Positions 38,286 to 47,941 of a stretch of DNA of 64,000 nt are shown in pieces (the stretch's first letter is position 1; every line of letters begins with the position of its first letter). The notes beneath the pieces were generated by a model. It was not told the origin of the DNA, searched no databases, and saw nothing but the letters and a program-made list of their open reading frames with translations. The DNA comes from Fibrobacterota bacterium. Lineage in GTDB: Bacteria > Fibrobacterota > Fibrobacteria > UBA11236. The translations under genes and the position numbers were made by a program. The stretch lies in NCBI GenBank assembly GCA_019509785.1, contig JAEKLQ010000032.1, positions 11,229 to 75,228 on the forward strand, given 5' to 3'.

Positions 38286-39443
38286 GTGAAAGATTTCATC
38301 ATCATCAGTAACGTCTCCGACGACCCTTTCGCCATCGATATCGGCCACATGTGCGGCCAACCCGAGGAAATCTCGGACATCATCTCGCTCAAGGTCTACG
38401 CCAATACCGAATTCTGCCCCCGCTTCATCAGCGATGAACGGGATCTAAGCCGCATCGGCGGGCAATTGCTGGGCAAGACCATCATCATCTGCTCGGCGGC
38501 CACCAACCATACCCGCGGCTCCCTGGCCGTCCGCAACCTGATCCTGGCACGCGCGGCCAAGGACAATGGCGCCCGGCGTGTGATCCTCGTCGAACCGGAT
38601 CTTTACTTCAGCGCCCAGGATCGCGGGCCTCATCGGGGCCCGGACGAACAGAGCCGAACCGTCGAGGATTTGAAAAAGTTCGACGGCCAGCCCTTCACCG
38701 CGCGCCTGTACGCCGAGCTGCTCAAGATCGCCGGCGTGGACGTGGTGGTGACGGTCCACAACCATTCCGCCAAGGTGCAGAAACTTTTCTCCTACCTGTT
38801 CAACGGCGAATTCCATAACCTGCTGCCCGCCGAGCTTTACGCCGATTACATCCGCTACAGCGATTTGGTGGTTACGGGCAAGGACGGGGATAACCTGGTC
38901 CTGTGCGCGCCCGACCACGGCGCCGAACCGTTCATGCGGGCCGTCTACGATACCCTCGGCTTGCCTAAGACCTCGCGCATCATCATGGAAAAAAGCCGGG
39001 ACGGCGAGCGCAAGGTGACCATGAACGTGAGCAAGGAATCGGACCTCACCTTGGAGCAGATCGAAGGCAAGGACGTGATCGTTCTCGACGACATGGTGCG
39101 CACCGGTTCCACCATCGTCGAATGTTGCCGCCTGCTCCGCCAGGGCAAGCCGAACCGGGTTTGCTTCGGCGTGACCCACTTCATCTCCAGCGCCGAGGCC
39201 CGGGAAAACCTGAACTCGCCGCATATCGACGAGATCCTGACCCTCAACACCATTCCCGCCATCCTCAACCGCGATTCGCAAGGGCGCCTGCGTAAGAAGC
39301 TGGTCGTGCTCAAAATCGAGAAATGGATAGCGCGCTTCCTGCTGCAATACATGAGCCGGGATACGGGCAAGTTCGAAAAGGATTTCTACTCGGTCGACAT
39401 GTCCTCGAAAAACCCGCGCTGGCGCCCGCCCAACCGCTACTGA
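38286..39443 (+). CDS. prs: Ribose-phosphate pyrophosphokinase family protein (divergent)
   Basis: VVTVHNHS, APDHGA and VIVLDDMVRTGST PRPP-binding motif. Confidence 0.8.
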   Translation: MKDFIIISNVSDDPFAIDIGHMCGQPEEISDIISLKVYANTEFCPRFISDERDLSRIGGQLLGKTIIICSAATNHTRGSLAVRNLILARAAKDNGARRVILVEPDLYFSAQDRGPHRGPDEQSRTVEDLKKFDGQPFTARLYAELLKIAGVDVVVTVHNHSAKVQKLFSYLFNGEFHNLLPAELYADYIRYSDLVVTGKDGDNLVLCAPDHGAEPFMRAVYDTLGLPKTSRIIMEKSRDGERKVTMNVSKESDLTLEQIEGKDVIVLDDMVRTGSTIVECCRLLRQGKPNRVCFGVTHFISSAEARENLNSPHIDEILTLNTIPAILNRDSQGRLRKKLVVLKIEKWIARFLLQYMSRDTGKFEKDFYSVDMSSKNPRWRPPNRY

Positions 39444-39444
39444 G

Positions 39445-40338
39445 ATGTCCACCTCCGCGATCCCCAAACCGGGCCCGGCCGAAGGCAAGGAGAAGATCTT
39501 CGTCTTTTCCCACCGCGGCGCCTTGGGCGATTTCATCATGACCTGGCCGGCTCTGGTCACCCTGCGCTGGAAATTTTCCGACCACCGCTTCGTAGGGCTG
39601 GGCAAGCTCCCGTATCTGAAGCTCGCGGCGGACATGGGCCTGGTGGACGACGTCTACGATTGCGAAGCCCAGGAGTTCCTGTCATTCTACTCCGGCGATA
39701 TGCTGCCGCGGGCCCTGGACGGAATCACCTCGGCCCTGCTCTGGATGGAGGAAGAGCCCAAGCTCCGGACCCTCTTGCATCAGAGATGCTCCGGCCCTTT
39801 CCATATCCATCCGCCTTTCCCGGCTTCGGGCCAGGAACATGCGATGGATCATCATCTCCAATGCCTGCCTTACTTTTCTCTTCCCGCCGTGCCCGAGGAG
39901 GATTTGTACTTCCCGCTCACCACCACGCGGCAGGGGTACGCGATCATCCATCCGGGTTCCGGCAGCAAGGAGAAGAATTACGATCCCGAGTTCTACGCCT
40001 TCCTGGCGAATGAACTCAAGAGCCGGCGATATCCCGATACGCGCATCGTTCTCGGCCCGGCCGAACGCGAGCTGAAACCCCTGTTCGCGTCGCGCTTTCC
40101 CGTGATCGAGCCGGAAGATCCGCTAGAGCTGGCCCACTTGCTTTCCGGCGCCAACCTGTTCGTCGGGAACGACAGCGGCGTGAGCCATCTGGCCGCCGTG
40201 CTCGGGACCAAGACCTTGGCCTTGTTCAAAGGGCAGAACTACGTGCAATGGGGCGTGCGCGGGAAGGACGCCCATAACCTGGAAGCCGCGAGCGAGGCCC
40301 AGGCGATGACGCGGATCCAGAAGGCCTTGCAAGGGTGA
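39445..40338 (+). CDS. Glycosyltransferase family 9 (heptosyltransferase-like)
   Basis: GALGDFI, IHPGSG and FVGNDSGVSHLAA. Confidence 0.9.
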   Translation: MSTSAIPKPGPAEGKEKIFVFSHRGALGDFIMTWPALVTLRWKFSDHRFVGLGKLPYLKLAADMGLVDDVYDCEAQEFLSFYSGDMLPRALDGITSALLWMEEEPKLRTLLHQRCSGPFHIHPPFPASGQEHAMDHHLQCLPYFSLPAVPEEDLYFPLTTTRQGYAIIHPGSGSKEKNYDPEFYAFLANELKSRRYPDTRIVLGPAERELKPLFASRFPVIEPEDPLELAHLLSGANLFVGNDSGVSHLAAVLGTKTLALFKGQNYVQWGVRGKDAHNLEAASEAQAMTRIQKALQG

Positions 40339-40343
40339 AGAGA

Positions 40344-40378
40344 GGGTAAAGGGTACAGGGTTAAGGGTACAGGGATTT
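40344..40378. repeat. Heptamer array GGGTWMA (left arm of four-helix-bundle cassette)
   Basis: GGGTAAA GGGTACA GGGTTAA GGGTACA GGGATTT; overlaps the stop codon of the gene. Confidence 0.85.
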
Positions 40379-40723
40379 TTTCAGGCTGAATAGGATCTTT
40401 CCGACCTCTTCAGCCTCTTTGTAAGCGGTTTTGATTTGGTCCCGGGATACGAGATCCAGCTTTACCGCCAAGATCAGCAATGTTTGCAATTCAGCTAGAG
40501 AGCCACAAGCGATTGCGAGGAATTGGAGATACTCCTTCCGGTACTGCCGAGCGTAACCCTCCGCAATATTAGCGGGTATTGAAACCGCCGCTCTCCTGAT
40601 TTGCGAGGAAAGCTCAAAGCGCTCTTCAATGGGGAGACTTCGTGCGACGAGATACGCAGCTCGAGCCAAATCAACCCCTCTCCTCCAAGCAGTCAAATCC
40701 CGGTAGGAATTCAATTTCGGCAT
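40361..40723 (-). CDS. Four helix bundle protein (23S rRNA IVS-encoded/Avd-like family)
   Basis: SYRDLTAW, P.EERFELSSQIRRAAVSIPANIAEG and GSLAELQT. Visibly lower GC than its neighbours. Confidence 0.93.
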   Translation of the reverse strand: MPKLNSYRDLTAWRRGVDLARAAYLVARSLPIEERFELSSQIRRAAVSIPANIAEGYARQYRKEYLQFLAIACGSLAELQTLLILAVKLDLVSRDQIKTAYKEAEEVGKILFSLKKSLYP

Positions 40724-40732
40724 TACATCCCC

Positions 40733-40781
40733 CCTTACCTAAACCCTTTACCCTTTACCCTTTACCCTTTACCCTAATCCC
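40733..40781. repeat. Heptamer array TTTACCC (right arm, inverted relative to the left)
   Basis: Four perfect TTTACCC units at 40747-40774 plus degenerate flanking units. Confidence 0.9.
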
Positions 40782-40785
40782 TTCT

Positions 40786-41676
40786 TCACTCCCAAGGTTC
40801 AATCCTCCTTACTCCCCATTCGCCCAATTCGAAGGCGATCGTCCCTTCCCGGTCCGTCCGCAAGATGCGCGCGTCGTCCCCCGACGCTTCGTCGCCCGAC
40901 GCGCCGTCTTCCATCACCCATCGCAAATCCGCCAACGCTTCCGCATGGGGATGGCCGTAAACCGAGCTATCGCAGGAGATGACCGCCCAGCGCGGATGCA
41001 CCGCTTCGATGAAGCCCAGCCCGCTGGAGGTTCGGCTCCCGTGGTGCGCCACTTTCAGGATATCCGCCGCGAGATCGGGGTGATCCGAAAGGATGATTCG
41101 TTCGACAGGGTCCTCGATATCCCCCGTCAGGAGGATGCGCATCCCCGCGCTCTCCACGCGCAGTACCGTGGAAAGATCGTTTCCCGAATACGTGGCGCGG
41201 GGAGCCGGCCATAGGGCCCGCACCCGCACCGCGTCCCAAAGCAAGGTATCGCCCTCGAAGAGGGTTGCCTTATCCGCCCCGGAGACGTCCAATGCGCGCA
41301 TCGCCTCCAACCAGGCCGAATCCGATCGGGTCCCTTCGGGCAAAAACACCTTTTTCACGGGGAAGGCATGCAGCACCGCGGGCAGGGCGCCGAAGTGATC
41401 CAGGTCCGTATGGGAAAGGACGATGGCTTGCAAGGTGTCCGCCCGGACATGTCTGAGAAACGCGATCAAGGCCCGCTCATCGTTCCCGACGTCATTCAAG
41501 TACCATTTGCCTTCGGGAGTCCGCAGGGCGCAGGCATCCCCCTGTCCAACGTCCACGAAAAAAACGCGCAGGCCGGGGGCCTCTTTTTCGGGGACCGCCC
41601 AGGGCGAACAGGCGAGGAAAATGCCCGTGCACGGGGCCAGGAATAGAACGACAATTCTAGGGATGGGGATAAACAT
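40786..41676 (-). CDS. ComEC/Rec2-type MBL-fold metallo-hydrolase (stand-alone domain, probable lipoprotein)
   Basis: DVGQGD, SHTDLDH, LLTGD, KVAHHGS, YGHPH and RTD..GTI; IFLAC lipobox-like. Confidence 0.88.
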   Translation of the reverse strand: MFIPIPRIVVLFLAPCTGIFLACSPWAVPEKEAPGLRVFFVDVGQGDACALRTPEGKWYLNDVGNDERALIAFLRHVRADTLQAIVLSHTDLDHFGALPAVLHAFPVKKVFLPEGTRSDSAWLEAMRALDVSGADKATLFEGDTLLWDAVRVRALWPAPRATYSGNDLSTVLRVESAGMRILLTGDIEDPVERIILSDHPDLAADILKVAHHGSRTSSGLGFIEAVHPRWAVISCDSSVYGHPHAEALADLRWVMEDGASGDEASGDDARILRTDREGTIAFELGEWGVRRIEPWE

Positions 41677-41796
41677 TTGCTACCTTCCCGGACCAATGGC
41701 TTCGGCCGCCGCGAATGAAATAATCATCCACGCCGTCGGAGGTCGTGCTCAGCCGCACACCGGTGCCTGACGGACCGGGCGGCAGCGCCGAGAATC

Positions 41797-43527
41797 ATGG
41801 AATACGGTCGTTATAGGATCCTCAGTCAGTTGGGCCAAGGCGGCATGGCCACGGTCTATCTCGCCGAAGATCCCCTCCTGCAACGCCTGGTCGCGATCAA
41901 GGTGATCCAGGCCCATCTGTCTTCCAACTCCGGCTTGATGGAACGCTTCACGGTCGAAGCCAAGACCATCGCCTCCTTGCGGCACATCAACATCGTCGAA
42001 GTGTTCGATTTCGGGATCCAGGACGATCAGCAATTCCTGGTGATGGAATACATCGACGGCCAGAATCTGCAAGCCATCTGCGGGGCCTTGCTTGGGCGGT
42101 CCATGCCCAATACCGTCGCGGCGGCCATCATCTGCCAAGCCGCCGAGGGCCTCACTTCCGCCGAGAAGCACGGCGTGGTCCATCGGGACATCAAGCCCGA
42201 GAACCTCATGTTCAACTCCGAAGGCACCTTGAAGATCGCCGACTTCGGCATCGCCCATATCGCTGACGAAGGATCGCGCACCCAAACCGGCGCCGTGCTG
42301 GGTTCCCCGAACTTCATGTCGCCGGAGCAGATCGAAGGCCTTCGGCCCACCAACAAGACCGATATTTTTTCCCTGGGCGGGGTGTTCTACTACATCCTCA
42401 CCGGCAAGCTCCCCTTCACCGGCCCCAGCATCCCGGTGACCATGCGCAATATCTGCGAGCGGCCGCATCCGCCCATCGTCGAAAGCAATCCGCAGGCCGA
42501 TCCGTTCCTGATTAAGCTCGTGGACGTGCTTTTGCAGAAGCGCCCCGAAGCCCGCGGCGACGGGGCCCGCTGGCTCGCCAACCAGTTGCGCGCCTATCTC
42601 GGCTCGCAGGGCATCGTCGATATCGTGGATTACGTGAAGACTTTCATCCAGTCCTTAGGGTTGGTCGGCGGCGGGCATACCCTGGTCGAAGGCGGCCTCA
42701 CCAAGCAGACCCTACGGCCCACGCGGTCGGGCGGATCTTCGGTAGGGGGCTTTCCGCCTTCGCAGCTCATCAAAGGCGGCGCCACCCCGACCGGGAGCAA
42801 CACGTATTCCCGGTCCATGGCCGATCCCGCGGAATTCCAGACCCAAGCGACTACCGGGGCGATGGGACCCTCGTCGCGCAGTCCCTTGGTTTGGATCGGG
42901 GTCCTGCTTTCCTTATGCGTTTTGGTCCTGGCGGGCGCCATCATCTGGTCGCGAATGCCGCATGACGACACGAGCCTTAAGACGGCCTCGGTTAAGCATA
43001 CAACCAAGGGGGTTACCCCGACTCCGGTAACGCCAACAAAAGTGCCCGAGACGACCAATCCCGTGCCTTCCACGACAGGGAATCCGACCGCATTCACTTC
43101 GGATACCCAGCCCGTTAACCCCATCCCGACTCCCCAATCCCACATCGGAACGATGGAGCCGGCAAATCCGGTCCATTACGGCGGCAAGGTACCGGTAAGG
43201 CCGCGCCATACCGGGCGGGAAAACATCGAACTCCATCATACCGTGGCTACGCATAATCCGGAGCCCCGTCCGGTTCCGGCCCCGGCGCCTGTCCACGAGC
43301 CGGAAGCCGCCCAGACCGGATTCGTCCTCATCAAGTCGGCCCCGCCCTTCGCGGCGTTGACCATCAATGGTAAACCGCAAGGCGAGACCCCCATGAACGC
43401 TTATCTCGAAGTGCCCGTGGGCAAATGCCATATCGAGATCGTCCATCGGCTAAGCCCCCCCTTCGATACGACCATCATGGTCAGTCCGGGTTTCCGCCGC
43501 GAATTCAAATTCAAGCTGGATCGATAG
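41797..43527 (+). CDS. Membrane Ser/Thr protein kinase with C-terminal PEGA-like domain
   Basis: LGQGGMATV, VAIK, HRDIKPEN, DFG and MSPE; TM helix; S.P..A...NGK..GETP tail. Confidence 0.93.
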   Translation: MEYGRYRILSQLGQGGMATVYLAEDPLLQRLVAIKVIQAHLSSNSGLMERFTVEAKTIASLRHINIVEVFDFGIQDDQQFLVMEYIDGQNLQAICGALLGRSMPNTVAAAIICQAAEGLTSAEKHGVVHRDIKPENLMFNSEGTLKIADFGIAHIADEGSRTQTGAVLGSPNFMSPEQIEGLRPTNKTDIFSLGGVFYYILTGKLPFTGPSIPVTMRNICERPHPPIVESNPQADPFLIKLVDVLLQKRPEARGDGARWLANQLRAYLGSQGIVDIVDYVKTFIQSLGLVGGGHTLVEGGLTKQTLRPTRSGGSSVGGFPPSQLIKGGATPTGSNTYSRSMADPAEFQTQATTGAMGPSSRSPLVWIGVLLSLCVLVLAGAIIWSRMPHDDTSLKTASVKHTTKGVTPTPVTPTKVPETTNPVPSTTGNPTAFTSDTQPVNPIPTPQSHIGTMEPANPVHYGGKVPVRPRHTGRENIELHHTVATHNPEPRPVPAPAPVHEPEAAQTGFVLIKSAPPFAALTINGKPQGETPMNAYLEVPVGKCHIEIVHRLSPPFDTTIMVSPGFRREFKFKLDR

Positions 43528-43710
43528 GCCGGAATGCCCCCTCGCCGATCGCGGGGATTCCTCGGTCGGATGCGCCGAAATGAGCTACTTTTAGCCCCCG
43601 AGGGGCCATTTTTCCTTACCGATGAATTAAGTTTTTAGGCTCCGTGCATGGGGCTTGCGGCCACCTCGTTTCGGGAACGCGACTTTCAACCTCAGGAGCA
43701 TAAGGAAAAA

Positions 43711-44433
43711 ATGGTGCTGAAGCGAATCCTTCCCTTGGCCATCGTCATGGCGACTTCCCCGGCATTTTCCCAGGTGCAGTTGTTCGAGGCCGAGGTTTCC
43801 GGCATTGTTCCCCACGCTGGCATCACTTGGAACTCCGGTATCACGCAATACCTCGCCGGATTCGAGTACACCATCGATGGGCGCACGACCCTGGGATTCG
43901 ATTACGCGGCCCCCTTGAAGGATACCCTGACCTTTGATCCCGACTTGAAATCCTACACCGTGCATCCCTACGGCGAATTCGAATTCATCGAACCGGACAA
44001 CCTGAAGACCTTCAGCTTCGCCATGCGCGTGGACTTCATCCACGAGGATACCCACGACAAGCCCAGCAGTACTCCGGCGGCGAAGCGGTACAATAGCTTT
44101 ACCCGTACCTGGCTGGGGGGCGGCCCCGTTTTCGCGTTACGCATTTTCAGCAGCGAAAGGCTGGCCCTGATTCCGGCCGCCAGCTACGAAGCCTATTACG
44201 TCACCTGGCGCAAGGACTTCCTGGACCCCGCCACCAACGGCAATAGCGGAACCTTCAAGGAAGACAACAATCTCTGGCACGACGTGTCCGGTTCCTGCGC
44301 CGTCCACTTCATCCTGAATGAGTTCAACGGAATCACCTTCGAACCCAAAATCGTCGCCCGCTTCGGCGACGGCCTGCAATCCTCCGACCTCCTCAACGTG
44401 TCAGCCTCGCTGGGCTACGTCCTGGCTTTCTAA
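43711..44433 (+). CDS. Hypothetical outer-membrane beta-barrel protein
   Basis: Signal peptide, AAGGA RBS, alternating strands, C-terminal LGYVLAF. Confidence 0.7.
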   Translation: MVLKRILPLAIVMATSPAFSQVQLFEAEVSGIVPHAGITWNSGITQYLAGFEYTIDGRTTLGFDYAAPLKDTLTFDPDLKSYTVHPYGEFEFIEPDNLKTFSFAMRVDFIHEDTHDKPSSTPAAKRYNSFTRTWLGGGPVFALRIFSSERLALIPAASYEAYYVTWRKDFLDPATNGNSGTFKEDNNLWHDVSGSCAVHFILNEFNGITFEPKIVARFGDGLQSSDLLNVSASLGYVLAF

Positions 44434-44554
44434 GGCATTAGACCGACCGCGTTCCCGCCATCGCCTCAAGAGGATGGGTGTGACTGGGCATCGATCAAGG
44501 GCGCCGGTGACGGGCGCCTTAACGGCGCGATCGGGAGGGGTGGTGACGGGGCGG

Positions 44555-44742
44555 CTGGGAGGGGCGCGGGCGGCGAATTAAGGCCGTCGGCATTCTGCGC
44601 CACGCATGGGACCCTAAGCATCGGCAGGACGCGAGCCCGCTAAAAGACCAAGCACTGGATTCGCGGCCGTCGCGCGGCGCAGAATGCCGGGAGGACCGAA
44701 TCCACTGGCAGGCCTTATCTGAGCCTCCCGCGCCCCTCCCAG
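44555..44742. ncRNA. Unknown ~190-nt nested-hairpin element, copy 2
   Basis: 16-bp IR 44555-44570/44727-44742; TAAGGCC 44579-44585/GGCCTTA 44711-44717; 14-bp 44588-44601/44676-44689. Shares GGCGAATTAA, GACCRAWTCCAC and TCTGAGCC with copy 1. Confidence 0.55.
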
Positions 44743-44772
44743 ACGCACCGGCCCCAATCATCCAGCGACGCG

Positions 44773-46647
44773 TCAGTTCAGCCGCACCAACTCCACCCTA
44801 CGATTCCTCTGCCTCCCGATCGCCGTCCGATTATTATCGATCGGGTCCCGCGCTCCTAAGCCCCGCGCCAGGATCTGATCCGGGGGGATCCCTTTGGAAA
44901 CGAGATATTTCCGCACCGCGTTGGCCCGGGCTTCCGACGAACGCATACCGTCCAATTCGGAGGCGGCCCCGTCCCAGTAGCCGCGCACTTCGACCATGAC
45001 CCCGGGAATGGCGCGGATGCGTTCGGCCAAGGAATCCAACGAAACAAAGGATTCCGGCAAGAGCTTGTCGGTGTTCCCCAGGAAATGGATCGATTTCAAT
45101 AAAGAGCGCTTTTCCAGCGGCGCCGCGCCGCTCCCGCCTTTGCCTGGGGCTTCGTCGGGGCAGCCGTCCCCGTCCTCGAAGCCGTTATAGGTTTCCGGCT
45201 CGTTCGGGCATTTATCGTTGAGGTCCGGGATCTTGTCGTTGTCATTGTCCGGATCGGGACAGCCGTCGGCATCCTCGAAATTGTCCTTGTCCTCGGGAAG
45301 GTTCGGGCACTTATCCACCGCATCGGGCACGCCATCCTTATCGTTATCGAGATCGGGGCAACCGTCGTAATCCTCGAAGCCGTCCATGTCCTCCGGCTCA
45401 TTAGGGCATTTGTCCTGCAAGTCCGGGATGCCATCCTTGTCGTTGTCGGGCTCCGGGCAGCCATCCTCGTCCTGGAAGCCGTCCTTGTCTTCAGGTTGGT
45501 TGGGGCACTTATACAAGGCATCCGGGACGCCGTCCTGATCGTTGTCCGGATCGGGACAGCCATCCGCGTCCTGGAAGCCGTCCTTATCCTCCGGCTCGTT
45601 GGGGCAGGTATCCTCCTTGTCGGGAATCCCGTCATGATCGGCGTCCTCGGCGACGAAGGCCCCGCTCCAGCCTATGTTGGCGGCCAAGCCCCAGCGCGGT
45701 TGAAAGCGGGCCGCGAAGGCGTAGACGCCGTAATTCGCCGGAAGGGCATAGCGGCGGAAGGGCCGCGCGGAGGGAAGGCTTTTCTGGAGGTTCACGGAAA
45801 AGAAGATGCCGTCGTCCCCGCGGGAAGAGAATCCGGCGAAGGCGTAGGAATATTCCTTCCCGATGGCGTCCAAGCCTTTCATCTCCGAGGTACGGGTCTC
45901 GGATTGGGCGCCTCCTAGGAAGGACAGATAGGGTAGGGGTACCCATTCCAGATCTCCGCCCAGCAGGAAACGTTCGCGCGCTCCCGGCAACCCCGAGTTC
46001 GCGAAGCCGGCGTTCAGTGAGGATCGGAAAGGCAGCGGCATAGGCTCAATGCGGGTAAGGTCGAGGGTGAGCAGGGCGCGCGCCGACCAGCCGAAGCCAT
46101 AGGTGGAAAAGAAGCGGGGGGGAGCCACGGTGGAATCATCGGGCATTTCCGCGAAGGACTTGGGCAGGAAGCCTTTTCCGTTTTTCGAGGGAAAGGTCAA
46201 GCCCGCCAGCAAGGCTCCATCGAGGACGTGATCGCCGACGAAAGCATATCCCCCTTTAACGGAGAGGAGGGGATCTCCCAGGCCGGAGCCGGATAGTTCC
46301 TTGGCCTCGGTATCGGTGATGAAATCCCCGTAGTACGGGATGCTGAGGCCGACGTCGAAATGGCTGCCGATGCCCATGGCGAAGTTGAGCCGGATGGCGG
46401 CGCTTTGCATGTCCTGGACCTGGTTGCTGTCGAGGAAACCGGTATAGAGTTGCTTGAGGAAGATGTTATCCCGCACCATGGATTCGTCCTCGTGCCCGGT
46501 GGCGCTGGCCGAAGCGTACAGGGCCAGATGCCCCAAAGGGCGCGCGGAGGGGATGAACAATTCGCCGGGGAGCCCTTCGAGGGTGGCTGCGCATGCGGCG
46601 GAGGCGCAGACGAGGACGGAAAGCCTTAAGAAATTGACCTTTTTCAT
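44773..46647 (-). CDS. OmpA family protein with thrombospondin type 3 repeats
   Basis: Signal peptide and beta-barrel region; five 33-aa DxDxDGxPDxxDKCP..PEDxDGFxDxDGCP units; RANAVRKYL...NRRVEL. Confidence 0.92.
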   Translation of the reverse strand: MKKVNFLRLSVLVCASAACAATLEGLPGELFIPSARPLGHLALYASASATGHEDESMVRDNIFLKQLYTGFLDSNQVQDMQSAAIRLNFAMGIGSHFDVGLSIPYYGDFITDTEAKELSGSGLGDPLLSVKGGYAFVGDHVLDGALLAGLTFPSKNGKGFLPKSFAEMPDDSTVAPPRFFSTYGFGWSARALLTLDLTRIEPMPLPFRSSLNAGFANSGLPGARERFLLGGDLEWVPLPYLSFLGGAQSETRTSEMKGLDAIGKEYSYAFAGFSSRGDDGIFFSVNLQKSLPSARPFRRYALPANYGVYAFAARFQPRWGLAANIGWSGAFVAEDADHDGIPDKEDTCPNEPEDKDGFQDADGCPDPDNDQDGVPDALYKCPNQPEDKDGFQDEDGCPEPDNDKDGIPDLQDKCPNEPEDMDGFEDYDGCPDLDNDKDGVPDAVDKCPNLPEDKDNFEDADGCPDPDNDNDKIPDLNDKCPNEPETYNGFEDGDGCPDEAPGKGGSGAAPLEKRSLLKSIHFLGNTDKLLPESFVSLDSLAERIRAIPGVMVEVRGYWDGAASELDGMRSSEARANAVRKYLVSKGIPPDQILARGLGARDPIDNNRTAIGRQRNRRVELVRLN

Positions 46648-46857
46648 ACACCTATTTCGGACGGCCTGCGGCATGGGTCCCGGGGCGTTCGGAGGCCGAT
46701 GGCGCCTGCAAAGTTACTAATAACGTTTCCATTCCAAAGTTTTCCGGCCTTGCCGGAAAGACAGGTTCGAGTTGAAAGTCCTTCGCCGATTAGGATATCA
46801 TGGTTGGGACCGGCCCGCACGGGCAACCTGAAGGTCTATAGCCGGCGCGGAGAAGGC

Positions 46858-47718
46858 ATGAGCAAAAGCCTCGAACAAAAAAAGATTGAACAGATCGAGA
46901 ACCTTCCGACCCTTCCGGAGGTCGCGAACAAACTCCTCAAGATCATCAACGATCCCACCACCACGGCGGTAGACGTCGCCAACCTGATTTCCCGGGACTT
47001 AAGCCTCACTTCGAAGGTGCTGCGCTTGGCCAACTCCGCCTTTTACGGCATCCCCCGTACCGTTACCACCGTCCAGAACGCCGTCGTGATCCTGGGCCTC
47101 AAGGTGATCAACACCATGGTGTTCAGCATTACCGTGGTGAAGATGTTCCCCGGCGACGGTCGCAATGAACTGTTCAGCCGCAAGAAATTCTGGGCCCATT
47201 CGCTGGCCTGCGCCGTATTATCGCGCCAGCTGGCCCTGCGCATGCGCAAGTTCACGCTCTTCGATCCCGAGGAATGCTTTTGCGCCGGGCTTATCCACGA
47301 CATCGGCCGCATCGTGCTGGATCAATACTTCCACGAGAATTTCATCAAGGCGATCAAGACCTCGGTCGAGAAGAAGACTTCCTTGCTCGAGGCGGAGATA
47401 GGCGTGTTCGGTTTCAGCCATCAAGACGTCGGGGATTGGCTGACTTCGCGCTGGGAACTCCCGCAGGACATCCGCATCCCCATCGTGTACCACCATAATC
47501 CCGCCAAGACCGAGTACGCCCGGGAGATCACCACCTTGGTGCACTTGGCCGACAGCATGTGCTTCGACATCGGCTTCAATCTACCCGGCCTGGAAATCCG
47601 CCCCCCGCTCGACACCGCCCTCATCGCCCAATTGGGTTTCACTCCCGAGGATTTGGACGCCGTAAAGGGATCCGCCCACGAGGAGATCGAGAAATTCCAC
47701 TCCGCCTTCGAGATTTGA
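46858..47718 (+). CDS. HDOD domain protein
   Basis: LPTLPEV, RLANSAFYG, FWAHS, AGLIHDIG, W.LP and YHH. Confidence 0.93.
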   Translation: MSKSLEQKKIEQIENLPTLPEVANKLLKIINDPTTTAVDVANLISRDLSLTSKVLRLANSAFYGIPRTVTTVQNAVVILGLKVINTMVFSITVVKMFPGDGRNELFSRKKFWAHSLACAVLSRQLALRMRKFTLFDPEECFCAGLIHDIGRIVLDQYFHENFIKAIKTSVEKKTSLLEAEIGVFGFSHQDVGDWLTSRWELPQDIRIPIVYHHNPAKTEYAREITTLVHLADSMCFDIGFNLPGLEIRPPLDTALIAQLGFTPEDLDAVKGSAHEEIEKFHSAFEI

Positions 47719-47844
47719 TCGGTTTATAGACATTCGAGAAGGCGCTCCTTCGAGATTTGACCGAACGGTTTGCCTACGAGAAGGCGCGCCTTCGAGATTT
47801 GATCGGTTTATAGACCTTCGAGAAGGCGCTCCTTCGTGATTTGA
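47705..47844. repeat. 42-bp-period repeat array (26-nt palindromic unit + 16-nt linker)
   Basis: CGAGAAGGCGCTCCTTCGAGATTTGA at 47735, with single-mismatch copies at 47777 and 47819, and a partial copy forming the HDOD stop codon. Confidence 0.85.
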
Positions 47845-47941
47845 CGGAAGCGCTTTCCATCGGGAAACCGTTTCCCGACCCCGCAGCTTAAGTACCTTTG
47901 GCCAAGCCCGTCCTACCACGGCGGCTTCCAGGGGTTCGGAT

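Noticed and set aside
40361..40723. Diversity-generating retroelement (Avd-like gene)
   Set aside because: No reverse transcriptase and no TR/VR pair seen in the window.
45155..45645. 99-bp-period DNA repeats
   Set aside because: Explained by ordinary thrombospondin type 3 Ca-binding repeats in the OmpA protein.
47705..47844. CRISPR array
   Set aside because: Linkers are only 16 nt, the first and third are nearly identical, there is no leader, and there are no cas genes in the window.
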